Source of the DNA: Botryllus schlosseri | Taxonomy: Eukaryota | Assembly: GCA_051294905.1 (NCBI GenBank) | Contig: CM119380.1 | Location: forward strand, 20,832,001-20,896,000 | Direction of reading: 5' to 3' | DNA length: 64,000 nucleotides | In this document: in pieces, positions 38,101 to 47,900 of the stretch | Layout: each line of letters starts with the position of its first letter | Position numbering within the stretch: the stretch's first letter is position 1 | Program-made: the position numbers and the translations under genes | Notes under the pieces: generated by a model | What the model saw: only the letters and a program-made list of their open reading frames with translations | What the model was told of the DNA's origin: nothing | Databases searched by the model: none

Positions 38101-39489
38101 CGTTGTCTCTCGTTCAGTTATCATGGAACGAGGAGTGGTCATTGTGTCAAGTTGTTGCGTTACCTCCTCTGCCCATCTGCAGTTGACCAAGTCTTGCAAC
38201 TGTAGCGTGGCACTGTGTAGAATTTAAATCGGTCAGGCATAGCAGCAAATATAGCAAACATATTCAACTTACCGACAATGCGGACATTGTTGCCTCTCTT
38301 GAGTTAACCATCGCTAAAATATAGATCAATCGGGAATAAAATTGTTACAAAGCATATAACAGTGCGCCAATAAGGGTAGTGTCAGAATCGTTACAATATT
38401 TGTAACCACTGTCTCATAAAATTAGCAAGCGCTAGTCCTAAACTAGAACACACAGATCACTGGGGCACAATATTGAATCTCTACGATCTTAAAAATACAA
38501 ATTCAACAAATGATGTGGTAGTCAGAGCTGGAATTTCAACAGCTCAAAATCACTAGAGCCAAGAGTTTTAAATGCATGTACAGTGCCACAATGCACAACA
38601 AATTTTGCTAAATTCCAACCATTTCAACAAAGTTATTGAAGTACAAAATTTTGGATTTAAAAGAAGTAGTATTTGCGGTGGGAAATTCTTTAATCATTTA
38701 TTATGGATCCACCCACCGCAAATACTATTATTAGAAATCCTAAGTTTTGAAGTTCAATAACTTCACTTCCACGGGTTGCAATTGAGTCGAAGTTGTTGTG
38801 CATCGTTTTTTCATACAACTTAAACAGTATTATGGGGTAGCCAGTAAAATTTGAAAACATTATAAATATATATTTAACTACAGCTCCAAAATGTTTTTCT
38901 TATATGACACTATGACAGTGATCCTAGGTATAGGAGTTGCACCAAAATTGGTGTGCAGCGTTTTTTTAGGCAACCTAACAATTTTATCAAGTAGCCAGTA
39001 CAATTTTAAAAAAGTTTTTTTTTTTGAACAGCTCTAGGCTAATGTATGCATTAGGTTTAGTGTTGATTGTTGAATCAAAAGATTCCTATATCGGCAGGAG
39101 CATGTGAAAATGACTAAACCACGAGGTGACAACATTCGATAATTTTAGAACAGAAGTACAGTAGTCTAGTTTTACAACTTACCCTGATGCACTGATAACA
39201 GCAAAGTTTAGAACAATGAGGACACAACCTTGCATCTCTGACTTTACTCATACAAATGAAGCAGCGAAAAACTTCCACCATGCGCTGCAAGGGAAACACA
39301 TGATATTGAGGTTCCACAGAAAATTTTGATAAGATATCTTAACCCAAGATAACGGCAGATTATGTCAATTTTATCTATCATCCAAGGAAATGGCATCAAA
39401 CCAAGCATGGAAGTAGTAGTGTTGAAAAGATATAGAAATTCAATAGAAAACAGGATGAAAATGCTTACCTTGACGTTACTGTCAGCCAT
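14175..39489 (-). CDS. TRIM37: E3 ubiquitin ligase TRIM37 orthologue (RING, B-box, coiled coil, MATH, long low-complexity C-terminus), about 1160 aa
   Basis: Confident exons: 39469-39489, 39183-39284 ([28 protein letters not shown]), 38273-38313, 38081-38212, 36816-36903 (B-box), 36545-36750, 35822-35930, 35192-35367, 34560-34641, 34320-34495, 34167-34254 (MATH), 33012-33116, 32878-32946, 30774-30858, 29311-29424 ([10 protein letters not shown]), 28028-28108 (SGDNDV). Inferred from splice signals and phase only: 31725-31849, 31218-31253, 31124-31155, 27391-27517, 27171-27319, 26321-26679, 24290-24360, 24146-24230, 20600-20670, 20484-20526, 20282-20416, 20101-20203, 16756-17055, 14175-14349. 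Confidence 0.9.
14467..14782. mobile_element. hAT MITE, GACTCGAGTC-repeat family
   Basis: Ends CAGTGTTGTAAC / TTACAACCCTG; TSD AATACAAG/AATACGAG. Related partial copies near 2720-2812, 26906-27066, 51632-51735. Confidence 0.8.
15915..16372. mobile_element. hAT MITE with internal TGCAACTTTT repeats
   Basis: TIR TAGGGCAAGTTTTTG; TSD ATAATGAC/ACAATGAC. Confidence 0.85.
17147..17785. mobile_element. Non-autonomous hAT (Buster-type) element
   Basis: CAGTGGTTCTT / AAGAACCCACTG ends; perfect TSD GCATAGGC. Confidence 0.85.
18238..19064. mobile_element. Non-autonomous hAT element
   Basis: TAGGGCGATTTTTTTT / AAAAAAATTGCCCTA ends; perfect TSD GTTATCAC. Confidence 0.85.
19427..19918. mobile_element. 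Non-autonomous hAT (Buster-type) element
   Basis: CAGTGGTTCTCAA / TTGAGAACCACTG ends; TSD TTTTAGAC/TCTTAGAC. Confidence 0.85.
21003..23277 (-). mobile_element. 5'-truncated non-LTR retrotransposon (CR1/L2 group LINE) in a TRIM37 intron
   Basis: Reverse-transcriptase ORF followed by a 250-nt 3' UTR, AATAAA (21028-21033) and an (ATG)n tail at 21003-21024; no endonuclease domain or ORF1 present. Confidence 0.9.
21253..23277 (-). CDS. LINE ORF2 fragment, reverse transcriptase domain (674 codons, uninterrupted)
   Basis: Motifs [69 protein letters not shown]. Confidence 0.9.
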   Translation of the reverse strand: MRQSYRLSRSQRKLKRNPWMTTKLIQLIRKRNRWHNRIDTKNCPEHERERFRRFRNRTVHLISKAKAKYNERFFNRHIKDTRKTWSGLNSLLHRKKGHKSVSEIVNSDTGNKLSDPAAIANHFNEYFCNVGPNVASSITKPVSARSEVRSISQSIMLEPTTKYEVEVAIHKLKSHKADGYDQIPSWFLKMISLHIGQYMAHFFNFMIENGVYPSYLKKARVVPVHKAGDRTNVTNYRPISVLPCIGIVFEKLLLSRLSSFLAKMSVISPQQFGFRNKHQTAHALLTVAEQYYDISEKRNVGCSIFLDLKKAFDCVDHKILISKLARYGLRGSQLELMKSYLTGRQQMVAISDTLSSPHPVTCDVPQGSVLGPVLFTLYVNDIFETSSLNTTLFADDTHLLSSASSTAELDALTGDQMPKVHEWTAQNNLCINASKSQLLTVNSKNNLTINIAGQPVSNTDNAKYLGVLLDSNMSWKSHIQSLETKLSPKCGLFYSLGRFMPAWVLLILFKSLIQSKLHYGILCWGAASKTALKPLQKLQHKVLRIIARAPKGPGCPSNKSLLKRFGVLNIEDMRKLEIAKFMYQFHCGRCPEYFNDFFTSESKAHKYNTRASTSSKYHMIDRKDHRSIKYAGPDVWNSIPPAIRQSTNMSTFKLKYKQLLLNKYSPSSRLPDHD
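23467..23990. mobile_element. Fold-back element, same family as 5303-5919, left end missing
   Basis: Long inverted repeat sharing GAAATTGTTGAGCTGTCTTCAA and GAGTCAATTCCGAC motifs; ends GAACAACCCTA. Another fragment near 38940-39035. Confidence 0.7.
24665..25010. mobile_element. Same inverted-repeat family, more decayed copy
   Basis: Arms about 24665-24755 and 24905-24990 with several CpG-type transitions; spacer similar to 46505-46690. Confidence 0.7.
30361..30681 (-). mobile_element. tRNA-derived SINE, subfamily 1
   Basis: tRNA-like head with A/B boxes, central GCGCTCAGCA block; colinear with 49810-50124. Confidence 0.8.
31960..32175 (-). mobile_element. Same family, inverted arm plus part of spacer
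   Basis: Colinear with 46380-46590. Lone arms also at 30203-30290 (+) and 58815-58870 (-). Confidence 0.7.
33879..34046. mobile_element. Short hAT MITE
   Basis: CAATGTTT / AACACTG ends; perfect TSD GTTTAGGG. Confidence 0.7.
37084..37609. mobile_element. hAT MITE, GACTCGAGTC-repeat family (inverted copy)
   Basis: Reverse-complement similarity to 14467-14782; ends GGTTACAACCCTG. Confidence 0.7.
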
Positions 39490-40304
39490 GTTGAAGGTGT
39501 ACTTCTATTCAGACTCAATACGTACATACAGATGATAATGAGCCAAAACAGCACATTACCAATCTTACTATATATAAGTAAATATTTTAACAGTAAGAAG
39601 TACATAGGTGATGACACAGAATCAATAGATCAACCAAAGTGAACTTACAGGGAATAACATACATAGTTACACTGTTACACAAACATATAACTGAATGACA
39701 AGTGTCATAATTGACAGGGAATTATACAAAGGATAGACGTTGTAAGCTGTTTGAGCTCAGCCTGCATGAGAAAACGAAAAAAGTCCACCTTCACCCTTTC
39801 AATAAATAAAAGGCCGTCACTAGGAAAAAATATTATTCTTTATTTGAATGTATATAATGGTTAAATATTCAACATATAACAGCTACAATACAATTGCAAC
39901 TCCTACAACAATGAGACCCGCATGTTCATTGTTCACTGGTCTGCTGCTCGTACAGATTAAATAGGCTACTCGACTACTCGTACTTTGTGCAATCTGCTAT
40001 AGCTACTACTATGTTATTATGACAGCGCCAAAAACAAAGCTTGTCAAATCATGCGTATCGCCGACCGTTGATACTGAATGACCTGCTGCAATGACTTCAC
40101 CAATATACGTAACAATAGTAACGTGGCTGGTAGACTTCTCGACATGAAAAAAACTTTTTAATAAGTGCGCTGCACTTGTTTACTGCCAACATTTGCTCGA
40201 TGCAGATTGTGAAAATACAATCTTCACCATCCATGCATTAAGGACACGCCCCATTGAAGGGAACGCCCAGACATCGCCTTGCCAACTAGTCGGCATGATA
40301 TGAT

Positions 40305-40340
40305 TATAGATTACTAACCTACGTAGGTTAGTAATCTATA
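40305..40340. repeat. Perfect 36-bp palindrome flanked by a 7-bp direct repeat
   Basis: ATATGAT-TATAGATTACTAACCTACGTAGGTTAGTAATCTATA-ATATGAT. Confidence 0.9.
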
Positions 40341-40497
40341 ATATGATTCACTCAGTTGATAAGATTAGTTTTTAAAAATCAAAAATCTTGTTTGAATGAA
40401 TGGTGATCATGATTGGACTCGAAAAACGGATGTTAACCAGATTCGGACTGGATTTACGATCTATAACGTTACACGAGGGTTTGGTGTCCTCACAAGC

Positions 40498-40628
40498 CAT
40501 CAGACTAGGCCAAGATTTGGTCTGATTTCAACGGCTACTCCAAGTCGCTTCGACACCTTCCTATCTTTTCCTTGTATCACAGTTTTGTGGTGTTTTGAAT
40601 TGATAAAAATATTAATAAACTGATACTC
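40498..40628 (+). mobile_element. LINE 3'-end fragment
   Basis: Matches the 3' UTR of the 21003-23277 LINE (CTAGGC...GACTACTCC...GTATCACAG...AATAAAC). Confidence 0.7.
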
Positions 40629-40749
40629 AGAAGTCCGTAATATGTATGTGACTGTGTGAGCTTCCTCGTAATGTGAAATAACTCATCGGGTCATCTGCAG
40701 CAACATTGGATCGTTTGTCCCATTCCATCTATCATCCGTTCTTTCCATC

Positions 40750-40895
40750 GCATAGGCCTAGGTGGGTGTCTGATTTCAAAGACTACTCCAAGCCGTTTTA
40801 CACCTCCTTGTCTTTTCCTTGTATAGCAGTCTTACGGTGTTTTGGAATGATGAAATACGGTGTTTTGGAGTGATGAAATTATAAATAAACTGACT
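40750..40895 (+). mobile_element. LINE 3'-end fragment (second adjacent copy)
   Basis: Same 3' UTR motifs as 40498-40628. Confidence 0.7.
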
Positions 40896-41473
40896 CTACT
40901 GATGACATGTGCACACCGACCACTAGATTGCCTTGTACACCATTCGCCTCATTGCCTGTCGGTCTGATGTCACAACGAATACACACCCAATGCATTGCTT
41001 GTCATGGTCTCATCTTCTATGATTCAACAATCAAACATTTCATACGGTAACGAAAATGCAGCAGAATATTTCTACATATAGAAAGCAACCTTACAGCATG
41101 GATTTTAGATATCTTTATATTGCACCAACTCTGCATATGTATAGCGTACTGTATGTGGACGGCGATTTCACTCAAAAACACAGCAATCAGTCGGCACTGG
41201 GCAGTCGTCATGATTCCCACTATTAAAATGACACCTTGTCAGATGCAAGAATGCAAATCAATTTGTAGCCAGCAATGGCCAGTTTATCATAGGGGAGGAA
41301 GAGGGAGAACCAATGAAATTGTGATTCGATTAATTGTTAATGCACAAGCGATGATATTATCAGGGAAATATCATATTAGTAATGCGGTACCGGTAGTCAG
41401 TTTCAAGTCCAGCCCGGGCAAAAAATTGCAATATCAAGCCACAGCAAACGAGCACAAAGATCGTCATATAAAA

Positions 41474-41634
41474 CAGTGGTACTCAACCTTAGCTTCAGCA
41501 CCTCCCAGGAGGCGGAAACACTCAGGGGGGCGCTACAGATGGTAGTTCTGACAACCTTGATTTGATCCCGATATAGCACTGACCTAGGCAACTTTTTAAA
41601 AGGGGCGCTGGAAGAAAAAAGTTAAGAGACACTG
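41474..41634. mobile_element. Short hAT MITE
   Basis: CAGTGGTACTCAAC / TTAAGAGACACTG ends; perfect TSD ATATAAAA. Confidence 0.8.
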
Positions 41635-41947
41635 ATATAAAACGAGACACGATCCCTATGTCACTTGTTTCGTTCCCATCAAGACATAGAGAGAAATAAA
41701 AGCAATAATTCAATACTGTTAATAGCGATTCAGAAACTATGTGGCAACAATGCAAAAATGAAACGTGTATGATTGGACGTTTTTTGCAAATTCAAAAATT
41801 ATCCTGCTAAACAGAGCGATTCATCAAATGATAATTGAAAACAAACTCAAAATAACTCTGTATCTGTCCTTTGAAACTACCGCCATTCTACTACCTTCTG
41901 GTCAGTCAGCGCTGTGATCATTGAACCGCTCATCGTCAGTTGTGTCT

Positions 41948-44900
41948 TCACTCGAACATCAGATAGTAAGGGTACCCGTGGCTTTTCATACGAAACACAG
42001 AGAGTAGGTACCCAAAAAATATGAACACCATCGCCAAGCCGAAAAATCCCACACCTGAAAACAAATTCTAGATTGGCAAAGAACCACTTCGACAATAATG
42101 CCGACACAACCTTTGCTCAAGTAGAGATGTTTGATTTTGGAAGCTTGATTCAACAGAATGAATCCCATTGAAATTGCGCCGTTCAGTGCTATAACGAGGT
42201 AAGTTTCGTAGCGGAACTGGGCACCGTCGCTCGCGAGAATAAGTTGGATCTCCCCGTCGCGGTGACGACCGTGATTGGATGCGTTGCGTATGAAATTCCA
42301 CATTTGACCGGACGTCATGGTGAGAACAGAAGCCTGGATAATGCACAAATTAAAGATCGAATTGACAGACATACAAATAGTGCTTGCATTAGATCAATGG
42401 TTTCCGATGTGGACGATTGTGAGAAACAAGGGGGTGAAAATACCGAAGGGGTCGACTGGGGGCGAATACGGTAGAACGTTCAGTAAAATATATTCAATTA
42501 CCACGGCCAAAAAATGCATGTGAAGACGGCTTATTCTGTGGGCCTGTATGATGCGAAAAAAGGTCAACGGAAAATAGACGCGAAAACCGTTTTTCTCGGC
42601 ACCTGCTCAGAAAAATGGCCTTCTCTCGAGTCAATTCGCCAGCGATCAGAGTTACGTGAATATACTTACCGTTTTTATCCCATCTTTTTGTTAAGGGGTT
42701 GAAGGTTGGGAACCACTGCATTAGACAAAAGCTAACACAGCATGTTTTTTTAAGATTAGAAGTTTCAACAATCCAGAAAATCAGATGTCTCCTGAAAAGG
42801 TCGTTCGTGACGAGGTACTTGGTTTTCCGAACAGTGTAGTAGGTTTTTCCTACCTATATCAACTCAGGTGGTGATGTTTTCTAAACTACTTCCAGCTAAC
42901 AGCTTTTAGGCACAGCTACCTATTTTGAAACTTTGTATTTTGTAAAATACAACGTAGTTTCAGGATGTGCTAAAAGAGCCCCTTATTACATTATCCATTT
43001 GTAGCGTCATTGATCATTTTGTGCAAGTCACGAATATGTACCCTGCAATTTTGAAAGTGTGCACCTGCGATCAACTGGTAATAGTATGCGACCCATCAAC
43101 CGAATCCGAATTTGAAACTTTTCACTTTATCACTTTGTATATCTTTATTTTATACTTATATTCCAAGTAGCTTTGACATGTATTTGCAATTTCTACTTGA
43201 AATTGAGTAGGAATTGATGGCACTGTTACTACAATGAGTAGCAACCAGGGCTGCGGAGTCGGTGGAGTCGGAGTCTGGGCAATTTTCGCTTGATGGAGTC
43301 GGAGTCAGAGTCGTGAAAACTATAATAGCTGGAGTCGGAGTCATGGGGAAAACACTGACTGGAGTCGGAGTTTGTGAGAATTACCCTGACTTCGACTCCG
43401 ACTCCAACTTCTCTATCATGAGAACATTTGCCTTCAAAGAATTATCAATATAACTTTTATGTACCACCAATCACTGTTATTAATAACAGATCAGGTGCGG
43501 CCAGCTCGTGGCACGCAGGCCAAATTTGGCACACGAGAAGGTTAGGTGTGGGCAGTGGCCTGCGAGGTAATTCTCGAAATTATTTATGACATCAGGTACA
43601 ATTGCAAGGCCAACCAAAATTTAATTAGCATGATCGCGAAATTTGATGATGACTAAAACAACAGTTCTGACGTATTGACGGATCCAGGGGCCAGCCACAT
43701 TTATCCCAGACCGTATATGACCATAAAGTAGAATATTTCATAGCAGATTTATTTGACTTGAAATTTTTCTCGGTACTTAGCATGATTCATTGTCACTAGA
43801 TTTCTTACATTCAGTATTTGAGCCCCCTTCTGAAAATTATAAATACATATTATTCACAGAATTAAGTCCAACTATATTCGTAATTAGGAGATAACGCGTC
43901 GTCCAACATGCGGCTTCGCTTGTGCTCTCGCAGCGAGATCGTCGACAAAACATTTGCACAAAATGATAGAGGCATGTTCACTGATACCGTCAATTTTGCT
44001 ATGTCTAAACGTCGATTGATCCTATCCTTGCCAAATGAGCCCATTGGTATACAGATGCGGCCCCCAATGTATGTTAGCAACATATTTATTGATATAATTC
44101 AGTCATTATCTTGCAAAAAAATTTCGAGCTTCGCGCGACCAGGGCCTGATTGCGCACTGCTCATATCATGACATATTCTTATCAATTTTAGAGCGTATTA
44201 ATATAAGTCTTGTTTGCAATGTTACCTAATTCGGTTCGCTCCTGTCGGACGACTAAAAAAAGGTTATCAACATTGCCCGCGCAATGGTTAGTAAATCTCA
44301 TGTGTCCCTTTGCCCGAAAAAGTTGCCCACCCCTGATATAGATAAAATTAGACATTACTTGCAAATTACAACTCAGTTGCACAGGGGAAGAAAATCGCAA
44401 TATGCGTTTTCACGATGAAGTCAAAATTGATGCAATTTTTGGAATCATACCATGATACTGTGGCAGAGCAAATGCATCGGCTGGTTTTGTAAAATTGTAA
44501 AAATGATGTGAATATAACCAAACGATGCTTCCCACTTGACAAAATTAAAAATATTTGTAGTGTAGCTTAGCTGTTTGGGTCGAACAAATGATTAAGGAAG
44601 ACTGCAAGTCCCAATCCTTGAATACTTGATTAAGTACATGCAGACTAGACATAGGCTATGGTCTTCGACTTTAACTAAATTCCATGTATGACCAATGACT
44701 ATTAGTAGTAAGAGTGTGTGTGCTTGTAATCAGGATAGTGTGCAATAACAAAATTAGTAAGTTCAATCTCTTTATTTGCTGCTGACTCATACATAAGAGC
44801 TTCACTTTGATTTTTTAACTGCGTTTTTATTATGCAGGATTGGATATCTGCCATATTTGAATGATTCATACATTTCAGGATATTAGAGAGTCCATGATAT

Positions 44901-47900
44901 AAAAACTTGAAAAAGGAAGGATGTTTAGCAAATCTTTCTTTCATGTTCATTGCATAGTGGATAATTCGACTTGTGCCACAATGAAACAATTTAGCATGCC
45001 ACCGTTAATCATATGTTTGCATATTTTTAATGGTTGTATGATAGTCATTCAACCGACAATGTGGCATATAATTTTCGAAGTAAATTGGTAAGAATGCTGG
45101 AGTCGGAGTCGGGAGTCGGTACGTTTAAAGACCTAGGAGTCGGAGTCGGTACGTTTAAAGACTCAGGAGTCAGAGTCGGTATATTGAAAATGTGTGGAGT
45201 CGGAGCCAGAGGTAAAATTTACCGACTCCACAGCCCTGGTAGCAACACTGACTATTTTGACCACCTATGGTTCCTAGCTCATAACAATGAAGCGTAGGCC
45301 TACATCACATTCAACAGATCAATGCATAACATTTACATTACAGTACTGGCGATACCTCAATTGCCTTTGCATGAAGAAGACGTGCATTACAAAATTTCCA
45401 CTACTGGTATTCAAGTAGAAATAGTCAATTGCCAAACTACTTCATGTAGAAATGGAAAATGAAAGAATAACTCCGGTAAGTAGTTTGAGTAAGTGGATTT
45501 GGGTAGGGCATTGGAGCTTTTTGTTTGCCAAACCGCCATGCCAGTCTCCTGAACTGCAAGATGCATCGTCGCCACCATCGCAGAATAACTTGGGACAATG
45601 AAAATAGTTGTACTAAAATGTAATCTGTTTTATGCATTGCCCAGCTGCCGTAGCAATATCACTTATAAAATTACATGAATCTAATTTTCATTTCACAAAA
45701 TTGCAAAAGTAAAAGTAAGCAGTTTGGCTTCAAAAAGCGTTGAAGTAGAAACGGGTGTGGTCTAAAATCCCAGCCACTTCCATTCCAGAGGACAAAACTC
45801 ACTTGAGTACTTTGAAAAAGTAGAAGTACTTGATTACTTACCACCTCGGCCTAGGATACTGCACTGTACACTTGGGGTGTTCAAAAATTACTTTCTTTCA
45901 AATTCTACTGGCTACTTGATAAAATTGTTAGGTTACTTGAAAAATGCTGCATACCAATTTTGGCTCAATTCCAACCTGTTGTGACATTGCTATAAGAGAA
46001 AAAGTTATGAATTTATTTATTAAAAACAAATATCATTTTTTTTCAAATTTTACCGGCTACTCCATGAAATTATTAGATTGTCTGAAAAAAAAGATGCACA
46101 AAGAATTTTGACTCAATTCGAACTAGTAGAAACGAAGTTATTGATGTTCAAAATTTGATATTTCGAATCATAGTATTTACGGTGGGCAGAACTTTAATAG
46201 ATAATTGAAAGAATTTGCCACCGTAAATACTATTGTATTCAAATCCAGATTTTTCAACTATAATAACTCCGCTTCCACTGGTTGGAACTGAGCCAAATTT
46301 GGCGATCATCGTTTCTATAGACAACCTAACAAATTCCTGGGATGAACAGAAAATTTTGAAATTTTTTTTATTTATCATTATTAAATAGTATATTCATATT
46401 GAAATGAACCCGAATATTTTCGGCTGACACTCGTCAGGGGTAATCGTCAGCAACTAGTAGAGAATTGGAAAGAACATTATATATCAACAATCGTATCACA
46501 AAATATGACGTCACCACTCACCAGCATGAAATTTCGAATGAGAGAGCGTTCAATGTACTATTTTTAGGTGATACACGAACTCCTTTTGTTGACAGAGTTT
46601 TGGTTGGTGTATTTTGATAAAAGTTGATTCCAAGGCACACAAATGGAATTGTGAACGGCCTCGACCTACGATTCGAAATCGGTCGTCTCGATTTTGTGAT
46701 ACGATTGTTGATATACAATGTTCTTTTCAATTCTCTACTAGTTGCTGACGATTACCCCTGACGAGTGTCAGCCGAAAATATTCGGGTTCATTTCAATATG
46801 AATATACTATTTAATTGTATATTGAAGTTCTGTACCTCCAAGAAGCTCTTCATTTATTATTATAATGAATAAATACTTTCTTCTCTCGTAGCAATGCGGT
46901 TTCTGGTTGGAATTTAACCGAATTTGGTGTGCAGGCTTCCATTAGGTAGGCTTACCATATTTCGGAAATGAAAAAAGAGGACACTTTTTCAGAAATTTCA
47001 GACAAGCAAAACTGGAGTAGAATTCTCAAAAACAGGTAAATTTCACCCGCTTCATGATCGGTTGACTAAAAAAAAAAAAAAAAAAAAAAAAAGGTCATCA
47101 CTTCCGCTCAGAGCTCAAAAACACGTTTTTCACTCCACATTGCCAGGTGAATGGCTAAAAAAAAAAAAAAAAAAAAAAAAAGGTCTTCTTTTCGCTCAGA
47201 GCTGTAATCACCACTTTTCCCTCCGAAATGCCCGCCGGAGCTTCACTTCTACGCTAATTTGCGGCATATCACTCGCAATTTCCTCTAAATCTGACCTTAA
47301 TTTTCGAAAAAGAGGACAAAATCTCAAAAAAGAGGACAAAAGGGCGTCCTCCGAGGACACTTTCAAAAAAGTCAAAAAAGAGGACAAATCCTCTTAAAAG
47401 AGGACGTATGGTAAGCCTACCATTAGGTAACCTAACAATTTTATCAAGTAGCCAGTACAATTTAAGAAAGAAAAAGTCATTTTTAAACAACCCTACTGTA
47501 CACAGTGTACAGTGTAACAATTCATGTTAAATGTCATCACTTACCAAAATCAATACACCCCAGAGAGTCGAGCTAGTGAATACCCGAAGACATAGACCCG
47601 GTTTTATCAAGGCCACTAATAACACCAGGAACACGCCACCACCTGCCATTGAAACTTTTACCCATGGTATTGGTTTCTTTAAAGGAACCTGCAAAACGGG
47701 ATGCAATCAACCATTGGGTATAGTCAATATATAATTAACAAAATTCCCCACGTACCTTTACACCTGATCGCTCATGCAGCCATTTGAGAATACCAGCTGC
47801 GTCCATACCATATCTTGCGATATCGTACGTATCCTTCTTACGCTTTTTGTTATCGCGAGTAAAAAATACTACTTCAGGAGCATGATTCAGACGCATCTGA

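Larger units (their letters stand above)
46380..46850. mobile_element. Inverted-repeat element carrying two hammerhead-like motifs (Penelope-like LTR derivative)
   Basis: 125-bp arms 46380-46504 and 46691-46815; forward arm continues into GTTCTGTACCTCCAAGAAGCT, also seen after the copy at 24905-25010. Confidence 0.7.
45873..47495. mobile_element. Fold-back family copy enlarged by nested insertions
   Basis: Ends TGGGGTGTTC / AAACAACCCTA; 9-bp TSD CTGTACACT/CTGTACACA. Confidence 0.7.

Noticed and set aside
47062-47397. Poly-Lys ORF
   Set aside because: Arises from poly(A) runs inside a hAT MITE.
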